Positions 49,101 through 63,942 are shown, numbered from the whole stretch's first letter. The stretch is 63,997 bases of DNA, filler included, from Octopus bimaculoides (GCF_001194135.2; 6 parts of 6 records of this genome joined end to end with filler, not necessarily neighbours in it); one strand, 5' to 3'. Notes: generated by a model from the sequence alone, not told the origin. Made by a program: numbers and translations.

Positions 49101-52100
49101 AGAAAAATATTTTTAAAAAAATAATAAATAAGCGACGCGGAAAATGAAAAAGAAACAAAAAAAACATAATTCATGATTGAAAAAAAAGACATACAAAACA
49201 AACAGAATGAATTTTTAAAAAATGGAAAAGAAAAAAGAAAACGCCGACAAATAGAAAAATAAAAATAAAGAAAAAAAATCCTTAATTATTGATTTGTTTT
49301 GATGAGAGTATAATGGCAAAAATGTAATTGATAATTATAAAATAGAAAGGGAAACAACAATATATGTATGTTTGTGTGTGTGTATATATATATATATATN
49401 NNNNNNNNNNNNNNNNNNNNNNNNNNNNNNNNNNNNNNNNNNNNNNNNNNNNNNNNNNNNNNNNNNNNNNNNNNNNNNNNNNNNNNNNNNNNNNNNNNNN
49501 NNNNNNNNNNNNNNNNNNNNNNNNNNNNNNNNNNNNNNNNNNNNNNNNNNNNNNNNNNNNNNNNNNNNNNNNNNNNNNNNNNNNNNNNNNNNNNNNNNNN
49601 NNNNNNNNNNNNNNNNNNNNNNNNNNNNNNNNNNNNNNNNNNNNNNNNNNNNNNNNNNNNNNNNNNNNNNNNNNNNNNNNNNNNNNNNNNNNNNNNNNNN
49701 NNNNNNNNNNNNNNNNNNNNNNNNNNNNNNNNNNNNNNNNNNNNNNNNNNNNNNNNNNNNNNNNNNNNNNNNNNNNNNNNNNNNNNNNNNNNNNNNNNNN
49801 NNNNNNNNNNNNNNNNNNNNNNNNNNNNNNNNNNNNNNNNNNNNNNNNNNNNNNNNNNNNNNNNNNNNNNNNNNNNNNNNNNNNNNNNNNNNNNNNNNNN
49901 NNNNNNNNNNNNNNNNNNNNNNNNNNNNNNNNNNNNNNNNNNNNNNNNNNNCGGTGTTTTGGTGTTGGTGGTTGTGGTGGTTTCCGATAGTGATCGTGGT
50001 GGTAGTGGTGGTGGGGATCGTCAGGTGGTGGCCGTAGTGTCAGTGGTGGGCGTGCAGTTGGCGGCGGTTGTGTCGATAATGGTGTTGGTGGCGGTGGTAC
50101 TGTTGTTCTTGCCGTTGTTGGTGGTCGTGGCTCGTGGTACTTGGTGGTGTTGGTGGAGATGGTGTTAACAATATCGATGCTGCTGCTGTTACTGCTGCTG
50201 GTGGTGGTGATGATGATGATGAGGACTAAGCGGGAACAAAGGAAGGAGGAAGGCAACGACGATGATGATACTGGTGACGTTACATTCACACCACATACAC
50301 ACATGTGTATCCTACATGTGTGTATGTATGTGTGTGCATGTGTCTAATTCATATATATATATATATATGTATGTATACAACAAAATGGGACAAGAACGCA
50401 ACAGGCGACAAGACATCCATAGAGTTAGATGATACAAAAAGGGACAAGAAAAAAATCAAGGACGGGTAATTCAGAGTTTTCTTTCGTCAGTCGAGATCCA
50501 GATTATCTTTGCAGTTTCGGCTGGTTATATATATATATGTATATACATACACAAAATTGAGAAGAAAGAAGCGATTGATTAGCATAGACGACTAAGTGAC
50601 GAATACTGAATTGACAAATTAATATTGTGTGGAGTCAAAAGATTTGTAATATTTCGGCAACTTATTTACTTTATTCATCAAGCTATAACAATGCCAGCCT
50701 AGCATTCAAAGTAGGAAGCTAGGTCTGGATTATACGCTGGAGTTGTTCGAACAGTATGAGGTTTTGCGTTGTTTTGCTCTAGAAGAGCGCGCTTTCTGCT
50801 AACCAATGCTGGGTATTTTTGCTCCACAGTGGCCCACATCTACTCCTATTGATCGAAGTACAGGTTGGTATCGATGGTTCGACCGTGTAGAACGAAACAG
50901 TTGTGAATTATCCCCCTCATAATTCAACTAAACCCAAAACATCATTTTGTGTTCGAAACGCGTGTGTTAGTAGAGAGGTTCCGGAACCTGGCCCTTGCTT
51001 AACCATTGCTTTTGCACGTTAGAATTTCTGAAAAATATCTCCCTCGGATTATTACTTGTTTCGACCCATGGCTCATTTCCTGCGCTCACGACGCTCCAAC
51101 GACCACGTGACGGAGTTCTTTGCTTCAGAAGACAGAACTGGTATCAACGTCATGTCAAAGAACAGGCAGAAAGGTGGCTTCAGACGGTGCAGTGCAACGC
51201 GATGGCCTCTAATTAAAATGCTTGCCTACTTTTGCTGTAATTTGACGAATAAAGCAAATAAGTAACCAAAATATGACTCAACACAATAATTTCAATATTG
51301 AGAAATTACACTCAGAATATGATACTACTAAACCATTCTTTGTTGGATTCAAAGACTACTATAATCAATATATAAGATTCTTCTAAGCATATTATGCCAG
51401 TAAACTGTTCTGCTACTAATAAACACACGCATACACGCGCGCACACACATGTATGTCAATACGTATTTGTATGTGTACATGTATATACATATATGCAGGC
51501 GCGTACACGTATATACGTATGTACTCATTCACATACAGCTCACTTGGTGTCAGGTACTGAAGAGCGCTAACAACTACGAGGTGCATCCATCAGTCCACTA
51601 GAAAACGCTTTCAGATGACGTTTCTTTTTGTCAAAATAGAATAGTTTTGCTGAAGCATTGTGTGCTATTACATTAAAGAAATGTGTATAAGGCCGGAATA
51701 ATGCGAGAAAATTAAAGTAAACTACAAAACAGAAAAGAAAACAAGGATATATAGAAAAGCAAGGTTGTTGGTCAGATGCATGGAGGAAGAGGGTGACATG
51801 CGCAGACTCGTGTTGCTATAGTAACCAGTCTGCTTCATCTAATTCTTCCTGTTGTTTATGGCTGGTGCCACATTGTTGATAAGGAGATCCATGATTCTGA
51901 GATTGTTTCTGTTGCGTTGATGAATATCTTGAAATTCTGGGTCGGTACTTCTCTAGATGATTTTTTGATTGAGGTGTCTATGTACATATATGTTCTTTCA
52001 TTCGAACCCGTAATTTCTTGGTGGTACTCCCAATGGAAATAATAGTGGTTAAGAGGTCCCGCATTTCTCAAAAGCCTTATAGTAAGCTTACAGTAGCTCC

Positions 52101-52904
52101 ATTTCCCTGGAGCTACTAGGTTTGCTGCGTATATATACGCAGATTGAATACTTGGTTCTCCAGCACTGGTCAAGGAATGTAGACACCTCTGATGGGACAC
52201 TAATAAGCGTCGAAAATAATAGATTAAGGCTGTTCATATGCTTCAATCTTCGGAGAAATACATTAATTTTCCATGCTTGTCTACATATACAGTATATATA
52301 TATATATATATATATATATATNNNNNNNNNNNNNNNNNNNNNNNNNNNNNNNNNNNNNNNNNNNNNNNNNNNNNNNNNNNNNNNNNNNNNNNNNNNNNNN
52401 NNNNNNNNNNNNNNNNNNNNNNNNNNNNNNNNNNNNNNNNNNNNNNNNNNNNNNNNNNNNNNNNNNNNNNNNNNNNNNNNNNNNNNNNNNNNNNNNNNNN
52501 NNNNNNNNNNNNNNNNNNNNNNNNNNNNNNNNNNNNNNNNNNNNNNNNNNNNNNNNNNNNNNNNNNNNNNNNNNNNNNNNNNNNNNNNNNNNNNNNNNNN
52601 NNNNNNNNNNNNNNNNNNNNNNNNNNNNNNNNNNNNNNNNNNNNNNNNNNNNNNNNNNNNNNNNNNNNNNNNNNNNNNNNNNNNNNNNNNNNNNNNNNNN
52701 NNNNNNNNNNNNNNNNNNNNNNNNNNNNNNNNNNNNNNNNNNNNNNNNNNNNNNNNNNNNNNNNNNNNNNNNNNNNNNNNNNNNNNNNNNNNNNNNNNNN
52801 NNNNNNNNNNNNNNNNNNNNNNNNNNNNNNNNNNNNNNNNNNNNNNNNNNNNNNNNNNNNNNNNNNNNNNNNNNNNNNNNNNNNNNTATATATATATATA
52901 TATG

Positions 52905-53026
52905 AGAATTCACGAACAAACAACAGACGAAGACAGGTGGTGTAAACAACAAATGGATATATTAGTATAACGCTCGGGAATAGAGGAAGTCTTTAACGTT
53001 TCGAGCCTACGCTCTTCATAGATAGA
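52905..53026 (-). mobile_element. Family D repeat copy; 5' part replaced by (TAGA)n
   Basis: GACAGGTGGTGTAAACAAC...ACGCTCGGGAATAGAGGAAGTCTTTAACGTTTCGAGCCTACGCTCTTC. Confidence 0.75.
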
Positions 53027-53034
53027 TAGATAGG

Positions 53035-53076
<42 letters not shown>

Positions 53077-53987
53077 TATAGATAGATAGATGCAGAGACA
53101 AGGCGGAAAGGGGAGAATTATACACATAGATAATGGGAGTCACGTTATTTACGTGCGCGTATATATAACCATGTGTGTGCGCGTGTGTGTGTGAGGGAGT
53201 GAGAGAGAGATTGAGAAAGAAAGAGAGCCTATAGTCCATAGAAATCAGGACTATGCTGTATTTTAAACTGTTTTCTAAAAGATATTTTATATGTCCTTAT
53301 CTATCCTTTATGTTTTGTTTCGAAACAATAAATTTCTATCGACGTTTGAAGACCTTGCCTGTATTATCTTCTGCAACGAAATGATTTCACCAACGTTGTT
53401 ATTGCCGTTTTATTGTAGGTGATAATCACAGCAATTCTGTGCTGTCTGTCTATACCTCATTTGATATTACCAGATTTTTAAAAAATTTTCCTGTTTCTGA
53501 CGTCAATTTTCTTTCAGCTACCAGGAAATAGATATACTCTGATGTCTACCGTTAGTTTGTTACTATGATGTTGTTGCGGTATCTGCGTATTGAGCTTCGC
53601 TTAGATTTTTCTAGATGTTTTTCTATCAATATAGCTTTCATGACTAATCTCATAGTCTTTTGGGGGCATTCTGTAAGAGATAGTAGTGTTATCAACCAAT
53701 GTTTCACTTTTTTTTTTTTTGTATGTGTGTGTCCCACATTAAGAGACATTACAATATAGAAAATCAGAAAATACAAACGGACGTGAAGTAGAAAATAGAG
53801 AAAGAAACGAGAGAAAGAATATGGTTTTGGAAAAGGGGTTTGTTGCCGTGTGTGCATCGATGCAAATTACGTAAAAGGCTGGGTTATCTCACATAAAGAT
53901 AAAATACAGTTACAACAGAGAATCAAACACACAATCTTTACATATACATACATTCGTGCATACATATATATACATATNNNNNNNNNN

Positions 53988-54031
<44 letters not shown>

Positions 54032-54369
54032 CCATAAATACACAAACGCACACGTATAGATACATATATATGCATGCATGAAAACACATATATACATACG
54101 TACGTATGTATGTATATATGTATATATATTGAACAAATATGATCTAAGTGAAATACCTCAGAGTGGCCAGTGGCAAGTATTTGTTCAACATAGACAAATA
54201 CAGGCATATCAAATATCATACAACATAATTGTTTCATGTGTTAAAATTATCTCCGCTCTTAGAGGATGCGTCACAATTACCAAATGTCAAATGAGACCAG
54301 TTCCACATGAGATGTGGGAGAGGCATAATTTCAAGAATCAGGAAATCTCCCAAGTTACACATATATATA

Positions 54370-54520
54370 TGTATATAGCTGAAATTTGCAGAAAAACAAA
54401 AGACAGGTGTATAAACAACAAGCAGGTGTATCAGTTTGACACTCGGGAAAGTGAGAAAGTCCTTTACGTTTCGAGCGTACGCTCTTCAAAAGAAAGGAAC
54501 AGAAGGAAATAAACAGAGAG
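54370..54520 (-). mobile_element. Family D repeat copy; motif at 54461-54496
   Basis: Reverse complement CUUU-CUUUUGA-A-GAGC-GUAC-GCUC-GAAA-CG-UA^AAGG. Confidence 0.7.
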
Positions 54521-54559
54521 AGAGAATATATATATATATATATATACACACACGTATAC

Positions 54560-54720
54560 TCTTTATTCTTTCAGTTTCCGTCTACCAAATCCACTCACAA
54601 GGGTTTGATCGGCCCGAGGCTATAGTAGAAGAGACTTGGTCAAGGTGCCACACTGTGGGACTGAATCCGGAACCATGTGGTTGGTAAGCAAGCTACTTAC
54701 GACACACACACGCCTGTGCA
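54560..54720 (-). mobile_element. SINE family B head
   Basis: TCTTTCAGTTTCCGTCTACCAAATCCACTCAC...GGAACCATGTGGTTGGTAAGCAAGCTACTTAC. Confidence 0.85.
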
Positions 54721-55803
54721 TATATATATATNNNNNNNNNNNNNNNNNNNNNNNNNNNNNNNNNNNNNNNNNNNNNNNNNNNNNNNNNNNNNNNNNNNNN
54801 NNNNNNNNNNNNNNNNNNNNNNNNNNNNNNNNNNNNNNNNNNNNNNNNNNNNNNNNNNNNNNNNNNNNNNNNNNNNNNNNNNNNNNNNNNNNNNNNNNNN
54901 NNNNNNNNNNNNNNNNNNNNNNNNNNNNNNNNNNNNNNNNNNNNNNNNNNNNNNNNNNNNNNNNNNNNNNNNNNNNNNNNNNNNNNNNNNNNNNNNNNNN
55001 NNNNNNNNNNNNNNNNNNNNNNNNNNNNNNNNNNNNNNNNNNNNNNNNNNNNNNNNNNNNNNNNNNNNNNNNNNNNNNNNNNNNNNNNNNNNNNNNNNNN
55101 NNNNNNNNNNNNNNNNNNNNNNNNNNNNNNNNNNNNNNNNNNNNNNNNNNNNNNNNNNNNNNNNNNNNNNNNNNNNNNNNNNNNNNNNNNNNNNNNNNNN
55201 NNNNNNNNNNNNNNNNNNNNNNNNNNNNNNNNNNNNNNNNNNNNNNNNNNNNNNNNNNNNNNNNNNNNNNNNNNNNNNNNNNNNNNNNNNNNNNNNNNNN
55301 NNNNNNNNNNNNNNNNNNNNNNNNNNNNNNNNNNNNNNNNNNNNNNNNNNNNNNNNNNNNNNNNNNNNNNNNNNNNNNNNNNNNNNNNNNNNNNNNNNNN
55401 NNNNNNNNNNNNNNNNNNNAGAGAGAGAGAGAGAGAGAGATAGTAGTAGAACGGTGAGAGGCGAAGGACGAGTAGCAAAAGATAGAGAGAGAGAGAGAAG
55501 TAGTGACAGGTAGAGGCGAAGAACAGTAGAGGGAAGAATACATACACGATGGACTCTCTCGTCGAAGACAACGTATGAATGTCCAGCTTTTTTGCCATAC
55601 GACCTGCACAAATGATTTCTTTATAGTGATCAAATGTTTGTGACGCACATTAGCTCCCTCTTTCCATCAAATCGACGTCCCCTGAACAAGTGCGCGGTGT
55701 GCCACGCGTCACGTGTCGGAGTGATTGCAGAGCAGCGCACTAACCATTAGGCTATGCACCCTCTACGCGCGCACGCACACACATATATTGTAAATGGTAG
55801 CAA

Positions 55804-56220
55804 ACGTAGCTTTGTGGCAAGAAGCTTGCTTCCCAAACACATGGTTCTGGGTTGAGTCCTACTGCGTAGTACCTTTGTAAAGTGTCTTTTATTGTAATCT
55901 CGGACTGAGCAAAATGATATGAATAGATTTGGCTGACGGAAACTGAAAGAATCCCGTCGTATATATATATATATGTTTATATGTATATATCAGTCTGTGT
56001 ATGAGTTGTTGTATCTGTGTTTCTCTCATCACAACCGCTTGACAACAGGTGTGGACGTTTTCCATACACTAACTTAACAGTTCGGCAAAAGAAATCGACT
56101 AAATAAGTACCAGGCTTACAGGAAAATAAAAAGTAAGTACTGGAGTCGATTCGTTCGACTAAATATTCTACAAAGTGGCTTCACAATACTGAAACAAGTG
56201 TAAGAACAAGGGTAAAAGAT
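55804..56220 (+). mobile_element. Full bipartite SINE family B (diverged)
   Basis: Head to 55961, TA/TG repeat, tail ACCGCTTGACAAC...GTTCGGCAAAAG...GAGTCGATTCGTTCGACTAA. Confidence 0.75.
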
Positions 56221-56652
56221 TAAAACATAAGATAAAAGATTAGGAGATAATGTTTAGTGCATACACACACACAGACACACGAAGACACACACACACAAAC
56301 AAATATAAATACACAAACACACACACAGACGCACACAAACAAACACACAGAGAAACAAACATAAAAAAAAACACACAAACACACACCCACACATACATGC
56401 AAACACACACACACAAACACACACACAAACGCACACACATAAACAAACACACACACAAACGCAAACACACACCCAAACACACACACACACACAAACAAAC
56501 CCNNNNNNNNNNNNNNNNNNNNNNNNNNNNNNNNNNNNNNNNNNNNNNNNNNNNNNNNNNNNNNNNNNNNNNNNNNNNNNNNNNNNNNNNNNNNNCACAC
56601 ACAAACAAACAAATACACACAAACAAACATGCACATTACAAGAACACACACA

Positions 56653-56694
<42 letters not shown>

Positions 56695-57302
56695 GTCAAT
56701 TGAATGAACAACAGTATCCTCAAAACCGAGAGTCTGTGACCAAGGACAGAACCACCTCCAACTCTGGTCGCACGCTGTCACAGCTCGAAGCACCAGGTCC
56801 CTACTACACCTCCTATCATTCTAGGTTTCAGCTCAGACACCAACTCCGTTAGTGTGACGCTATGTGACGCCTTTAGCGTACATAGTGCTTCATCGTTCCA
56901 TCGCTGATAAAACTTAAAGGTGCGTCCCTCTACTCTCCTCCACGTCCCAAAGACCATAACCACAACTCCTCAAGAGGTTGACGCACAACCGTTCTGCGTC
57001 AAAGGAGATGACGAACACGGTCATTGATAACTAAAGAAACCCACACCCTCTGCTTACAGGGTGGATCTTGCTTACAACTGCAATTTCTACAAGTTGGCAA
57101 CCTGAAAAAGCAAAACATGAGTTCTCGTATTACGCAACCCTGGGGTTCATTTCATCTCAAGCGTCAACCATTCTGGCTTTTTTCCAAAAGTATTTCCTTC
57201 AAAATGGCGGTAGATTTTACGTGACTTCAGAAATAACATCTTCAAGGAATAAGGCTTTCGTGTTTGCAGTTAACTTTATATCCGACTTTACGATGTATTC
57301 TT

Positions 57303-57501
57303 TCATTCTTTTATTCTTTTATGTGTTTCAGTCATTTGAGTGCGGCCATGCTGGAGTACCGCCTTTTAGTCGAACAAATCGAACCTAAGACTCATTCTTT
57401 GTAAGCCTAGTAATTATTATATCGATCTCTTTTTGCCGAAGCGCTAGTTGACGGGGACGTAAACACATCGACATCAGTTGTCAAGCGATGGTGGGGGATA
57501 A

Positions 57502-57554
<53 letters not shown>

Positions 57555-57698
57555 CGACGGGCTTCTTTCAATTTCCGTCTACCAAATCCACTCATAAGGC
57601 TTTGGTCGCCTAGCCGAGGCTATAGTAGAAGACACTTACCCAAGGTGCCACACAGTGGGTCTGAACCCGGAACTATATGGTTGGGAAGCAAGGTTCTT
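57303..57698 (-). mobile_element. Full bipartite SINE family B
   Basis: Tail 57303-57502, (CA)n(TA)n, head 57554-57698 cut by gap. Confidence 0.85.
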
Positions 57699-58058
57699 NN
57701 NNNNNNNNNNNNNNNNNNNNNNNNNNNNNNNNNNNNNNNNNNNNNNNNNNNNNNNNNNNNNNNNNNNNNNNNNNNNNNNNNNNNNNNNNNNNNNNNNNNN
57801 NNNNNNNNNNNNNNNNNNNNNNNNNNNNNNNNNNNNNNNNNNNNNNNNNNNNNNNNNNNNNNNNNNNNNNNNNNNNNNNNNNNNNNNNNNNNNNNNNNNN
57901 NNNNNNNNNNNNNNNNNNNNNNNNNNNNNNNNNNNNNNNNNNNNNNNNNNNNNNNNNNNNNNNNNNNNNNNNNNNNNNNNNNNNNNNNNNNNNNNNNNNN
58001 NNNNNNNNNNNNNNNNNNNNNNNNNNNNNNNNNNNNNNNNNNNNNNNNNNNNNNNNNN

Positions 58059-58496
58059 CCTCGTTCTCCTCCTCCTCCTCCTCTTCCTCCTCCTCCTTCT
58101 CCCCCTCCTTCTCCTCCTCGTTCTCCTCCTCCTCCGCCTTCTCCTCTTCCCCCTACTCCCCTCCCTTCCTCCTCATTATCATGATCATCATGATCATCAT
58201 CGTCGTCGTTGGCGAGGTGGCCATAGTCGTCATCATCATAATCATCATCTGTGTCATCATCATCATGATCATCATTATCGTCATCACCATCATCATCGTC
58301 ATCATCGTCGTCATCATACACCATCATCATCGTTGTCATTGGCGTCGTGATCATAGTCATCATCATTATAATCATCATAATCATCATCATCGTCATCATC
58401 GTCATCATCAAGAACATTGCCACCAGTGCTGCAAAGCAAGCATCATTACTGCTACCAAATTCATCCCCAATATTGGTTCCTGCTTTGCTGCTGCTG

Positions 58497-58539
<43 letters not shown>

Positions 58540-58545
58540 GCATGG
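58059..58545. repeat. Mosaic trinucleotide array (CCT/CAT/CTA)
   Basis: Direct reading. Confidence 0.88.
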
Positions 58546-58956
58546 TGGTGATATTATTGCGTTTCTAGATAGTTATCTATCACGTGTAACCCCAGGCTGT
58601 ATATTTAAGACGGAGACATCCTTCGAAGAGAAATGAAAAATTTCCCTCGAGATTTTAAGACAATTAAAATGAGAGATGTGGGTTGAGGGAGAGATTGTGA
58701 GAGGGAGAGAGAAAGAGGGAGAGAGAGAGAGAGGGAGGGAGGGAGAGAGAGAGGGAGAGAGAGAAATATATTGATAGATTTGAAGCGAGGGAGAAAGACA
58801 AATATATATATATATATATATATATATTGAGAGAGAAGGAGAGAGAGAGACTGAGAAGACAGGGAGGCAGAAAAAAGAACCAAAAACGTGACAGAGAGAG
58901 AAAGGGAGAGCGCGAAAGAAAGATATGTATGCGATTAATCAGATAAATATATATAC

Positions 58957-58987
<31 letters not shown>

Positions 58988-59027
58988 TGTAAGTATGTTT
59001 GTATGTATGTATGTATGTATGTATCTA

Positions 59028-59060
<33 letters not shown>

Positions 59061-59610
59061 GTCTATCTATATATATATATATATTACATGAGCATATATG
59101 TATATGCTTGTATGTATGTATGTATGTATGTATGTATAAATGAAAACACAGTACACACATACAGACCCATGTCTGTGTATATACATGAAATATCTATATG
59201 TTCGTACATACATATTTTATCCTATATTAGAAGTAAATATATATATAAACATATATATATATGTATGTGTGTATGTATATATATATATTATTTATCTATT
59301 TGTTTGTTTGTTTATTTATTTGCGTTATTATTCTTGTTTACTTTCGTAGTGACATCAAACTCCCTTATTCACCAAATTCCACACATCATCAGAGGCTCCC
59401 AATAATAGTGTAACAAAACGGCGGTGCCCCAGAATGGCCACAGCTTTGAGCTGAAACTAATAAAATACACACACACACACACACACACACACTCTCTCAC
59501 ACACACACGCACACACGCACACACATATCTAAACCATCAGCGATCTCCACATTCACAGTTATGATGTCTGGGTTTTTTCTGACTGCGTGTCTGTCTGTCT
59601 GTCTGTCTCT

Positions 59611-59661
<51 letters not shown>

Positions 59662-59846
59662 TATATATATGTATGTAAGCATATATATGAATGTATGTAT
59701 GTGTTTGTGTATANNNNNNNNNNNNNNNNNNNNNNNNNNNNNNNNNNNNNNNNNNNNTTAATTAATTAANNNNNNNNNNNNNNNNNNNNNNNNNNNNNNN
59801 NNNNNNNNNNNNNACTGTTAATACTTCATTTAGAGAATTAACATTG

Positions 59847-59886
<40 letters not shown>

Positions 59887-60192
59887 TATATTTGCATATA
59901 TATGTATGTGAGTGTATATAATATACGTATATGCTTATATATGTATATATATATATATATATATACAAAGTAAGAGAATTGATTTGAGAGGCAGTTGTGC
60001 TATATTTGTATAATTTTGTAAATAAAAACGCGTGGCTATATTCATCCGTATAGCATAGCATATGACATCAACTCAGTCAGTTATAGCTATACACACACTC
60101 ACAAACGTTCACGCGTGTGCGCCCACACGCACACATATATATGCATATATCCAAGTATATATTCATATATATATATACATACAAACACATTC

Positions 60193-60230
<38 letters not shown>

Positions 60231-60622
60231 GTATATATATATGTATGTATGTATGTATATATATATAAAATATATAGTTTTAGGGAAAATAACCAAGTTT
60301 CAAGAACTAATCGATGAAAATCCACTATCACATATAGAAAAATTAATAATTAAAAGCACAATAAATGAGTATAATATAAAGTAAAGTAAATATCATAAGA
60401 TAAATATGATATTATATTTATCTTATGATATTTACTTTNNNNNNNNNNNNNNNNNNNNNNNNNNNNNNNNNNNNNNNNNNNNNNNNNNNNNNNNNNNNNN
60501 NNNNNNNNNNNNNNNNNNNNNNNNNNNNNNNNNNNNNNNNNNNNNNNNNNNNNNNNNNNNNNNNNNNNNNNNNNNNNNNNNNNNNNNNNNNNNNNNNNNN
60601 NNNNNNNNNNNNNNNNNNNNNN

Positions 60623-60673
<51 letters not shown>

Positions 60674-60949
60674 GCTTATATATGTATGCATGTGTGTGTC
60701 TGCTTATGCATGTCTCTTTTTATATATTACTGCACAAATGTCCACTGACAGTTGAGATGTGCTCCGTTCTTTTCATATTTTGTGTTGTTGATTTGTCCTG
60801 TATATAACATATTGTATAACGTGTCTTCGAAAGATCTGATCATCGACACTGTAATATACGGAGGGGGAACTTCCCCGAGCGAATGGTCGTCGTCGAAACC
60901 TTATTGATGTATTCAGTGCCTTCAAAACCTATTTTCAAACAGGTCATTG

Positions 60950-61497
60950 AACAAAACGTCATAGTGTTTGTGTGAATTCTGTTGTAGATGCTGCACGTTG
61001 ACCTTGTTCCAAATGGTCACGTTGGAACTGCTATCAGTTATGCTCAAGAAATGCAGCATGTACATAGGACTTTGAAATCCCGCAGCACAGCATTGGTCAG
61101 TCGAGGACGCGTACTCCCACAGCATGACAATGCCCTAGCATGCATTGCCAATGCGATCAAGCCTTAACATGAGGAAGTTGAGGGGCTGGAAGTGGTGCTT
61201 CACCCTACTTGCATTCCTAACCTTGTACCATTAAACTATCACCTTTTCTGAGCCATGGCACTTTTTCTGTACGAACAGCGATTCAGCAATGTGGATGATG
61301 TTGGAAAAGGGTGCAGGGAGTTTTTGCCTCTTGACCAGCCAAATGATGTAAGCGCAGGATTGAGTTTCTGACACAACGATGGCAACTGAGAACAAAATAT
61401 GATGGGATGTACTTCCATAAATAACCGCTTTCCCTATTAGATTCGTTTGAAATATTGATTAAATCTTCATTTAGGGAAATAATTTTTGACTCAACCT
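60950..61497 (+). mobile_element. Decayed mariner transposase C-terminal half
   Basis: RVLPQHDNA, LHPTCIPNLVPLNYHLF (YSPDLAPSDYHLF equivalent), QRFSNVDDV; possible 3' TIR AATAATTTTTGACTCAACC. Confidence 0.8.
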
Positions 61498-61654
61498 GGA
61501 CTACAGATAAATTCGTACCTTCTCTTCCACTTGGTACTTTATCTTCATAAATCTGAAAAGTGGGAAAAGTTAACCAGATTTCTAAAACGATAAGCAAATA
61601 TTCTATAGGATGAATAGAGCTATAAAGTCATGAAGCACTTCGATAAATGTATAC

Positions 61655-61686
<32 letters not shown>

Positions 61687-61808
61687 NNNNNNNNNNNNNN
61701 NNNNNNNNNNNNNNNNNNNNNNNNNNNNNNNNNNNNNNNNNNNNNNNNNNNNNNNNNNNNNNNNNNNNNNNNNNNNNNNNNNNNNNNNNNNNNNNNNNNN
61801 NNNNNNNN

Positions 61809-61840
<32 letters not shown>

Positions 61841-63432
61841 TTAGATAGATAGATAGATAGATAGACAGATAGATAGATAGATGTGTGTCTCTGTGTGTAT
61901 GAGTGAATGTGTGTAATGTAAAATAATTTATAGATTTTCCTGACATAGAAAGCATTATGTATTGTCTAAACCATAATATACGGAAAATATTAAAAAATAA
62001 AATGATTCTGCCCTTACTATCTTTAACCCGTATTCGGTGCATGACTTAATTGCTTTTATAGTAAAAATGATACAAACCAGAACGATAAGAAAGAATTAAA
62101 GATGAAAAAATATGTGTGTGGATTTAAGAGCAGTAAATGCATCTACAAAACGAGCAGCGTAAAATGTATTGAACTGGAGGATGAAGAAAGAGAATAAAAG
62201 GAGCAAATTTTATTAATCGAAATATATGTCAATATGTGTGCACGAGTTTGCACATATTCATCAGGTAAATTATATTATAACCAGTTATGGAACTGATGTT
62301 TCCAAGTTTCTGACCTAGTATTGCTATACAAGTCACGGAAATAAGATATTTGGTGCTGGCATTTATCTATTATTTGCAAAGATTTTTTTTTTTAGTTCGA
62401 ATCTTTTAAGGTGCAAGTATTTCAAAACATATCCCATTTAGTGCTGCAGTTGGAGTATTTTATTTTCTGTTAATTTCCAGACATAGTCGGGTAATTCTGG
62501 TACAGTTATGATGTGTCTAAAAGAGGACGAATGGAAATGTATTATGTTCTTGAATTTTCTTCCAGTGATGCCATTGTATCCTTTACGTTCCACGTCGATC
62601 CATGTCATGAACATGAATTTTATTATTGTATGAGTATGTTCATACAATTTTATTCTGGCTGGGCATGTAATATTTCCTTCTTCATATTAGTTGTACAACT
62701 CTAGAGTAATTTCTGTATGTACCAGTTAAAGCTGTCTGTACATATGCCTTGCTATTTAGTATTTATTTGTTACGTTTAGAAATATTTATGCGATATTTGA
62801 TTTAACAATGTAGAATACGCGCGTATACGTCATTGAAATGATACTCTTGCAGCTTTTTTTAATATGGCTAGGTAAAGATTTAGATATGTAAATGCTTTTA
62901 TGAAGTATGTAACGATTATATTTGTAGGAAGCTTCTCAAAGAATGATTATAGTATTATAAGAGAAACTGGAAACCCCTTAGCTCTCTTTAGTGATATTGT
63001 TCCTCAATACTATGGAGGGACGTATGATACGGAGATAATGGGAGCTTTTCATTGGGCTTCAGAGAATTCATGTAACCCACAATAAAATCACGGTAACTCC
63101 ATTACAGTTTTTGGCTCAACGATTTTTAGACCTAAAGTATTCAATGTTCAGTTAATGGCAATTTTTAATGTATCCGAAATGTCTATTGATGAGTTTTCGA
63201 TATAACATTTTAACGTGTATTGTTCTAAAGCGTTTTTGTATTTCCAAAGTTTATATTCCTACAATGTCATATACCTCTGAAGTGGCATACCACGACTTAC
63301 TGAGATCAAAAGAATCAGATTGATGGAAAATTTTGACAAATGCGTAATTTGTTTTTCAAAAAGTTGTATGTTATCCATCAAGCTTTTTTATATCTACATA
63401 ATTATTATGTATGTTATTATAGTCCAAAAAAA

Positions 63433-63665
63433 GGTGGTGAGCTGGCGGAATCGTTAACGGGTCGGTGAAAATGCTCAACGGTATAACTCCCGGGATATTA
63501 CGTGCTCCGTTCTATTTCCGGCGAAGTCAACCTTGTCTTTCATTTTTTCGATAGTCGATGAAATAATTCGATGACATAACGTATCGGTCAAATACTGGAG
63601 TTAATAATATTGACCAAACTCCTCCGCTCAAAATTTTTGGCCTTGTGCTGAATTTCAAAATGATT
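63433..63665 (+). mobile_element. Old SINE family A
   Basis: GGTGGTGAGCTGGCGGAATCGTTA...GTCAACCTTGTCTTTCA...TTTTTGGCCTTGTGC. Confidence 0.7.
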
Positions 63666-63753
63666 AGAATTCACACGAAATTTAGGTCTCTGCATAGTAG
63701 AACATGTTGGATTGAATGGTAACACTCATAAATATTAAATTGAGTAAAAGCAG

Positions 63754-63878
63754 AGAGCTGGCAGAATCTTTAGCATGCCGGACAAAACATTTAGCGGCAC
63801 GTTGCCCTTTATTATGCTCTGAGCACAAATTCAACCGAGGTCGACTTTGCTTTTCATATTTTCGAGTCAATAAAGTAG
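63754..63878 (+). mobile_element. SINE family A, 3'-truncated
   Basis: GAGCTGGCAGAATCTTTAGCATGCCGG...GAGGTCGACTTTGCTTTTCAT. Confidence 0.75.
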
Positions 63879-63902
63879 TTATGTGAATGTATATATATAT
63901 AT

Positions 63903-63942
<40 letters not shown>

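Noticed and set aside
51856-52200. 114-aa minus-strand ORF
   Set aside because: GTG start, no recognisable domain and no convincing splice signals.
56700-56852. TTSNSGR segment resembling a Gypsy integrase C-terminal tail
   Set aside because: A single short motif without integrase core, PPT or LTR evidence.
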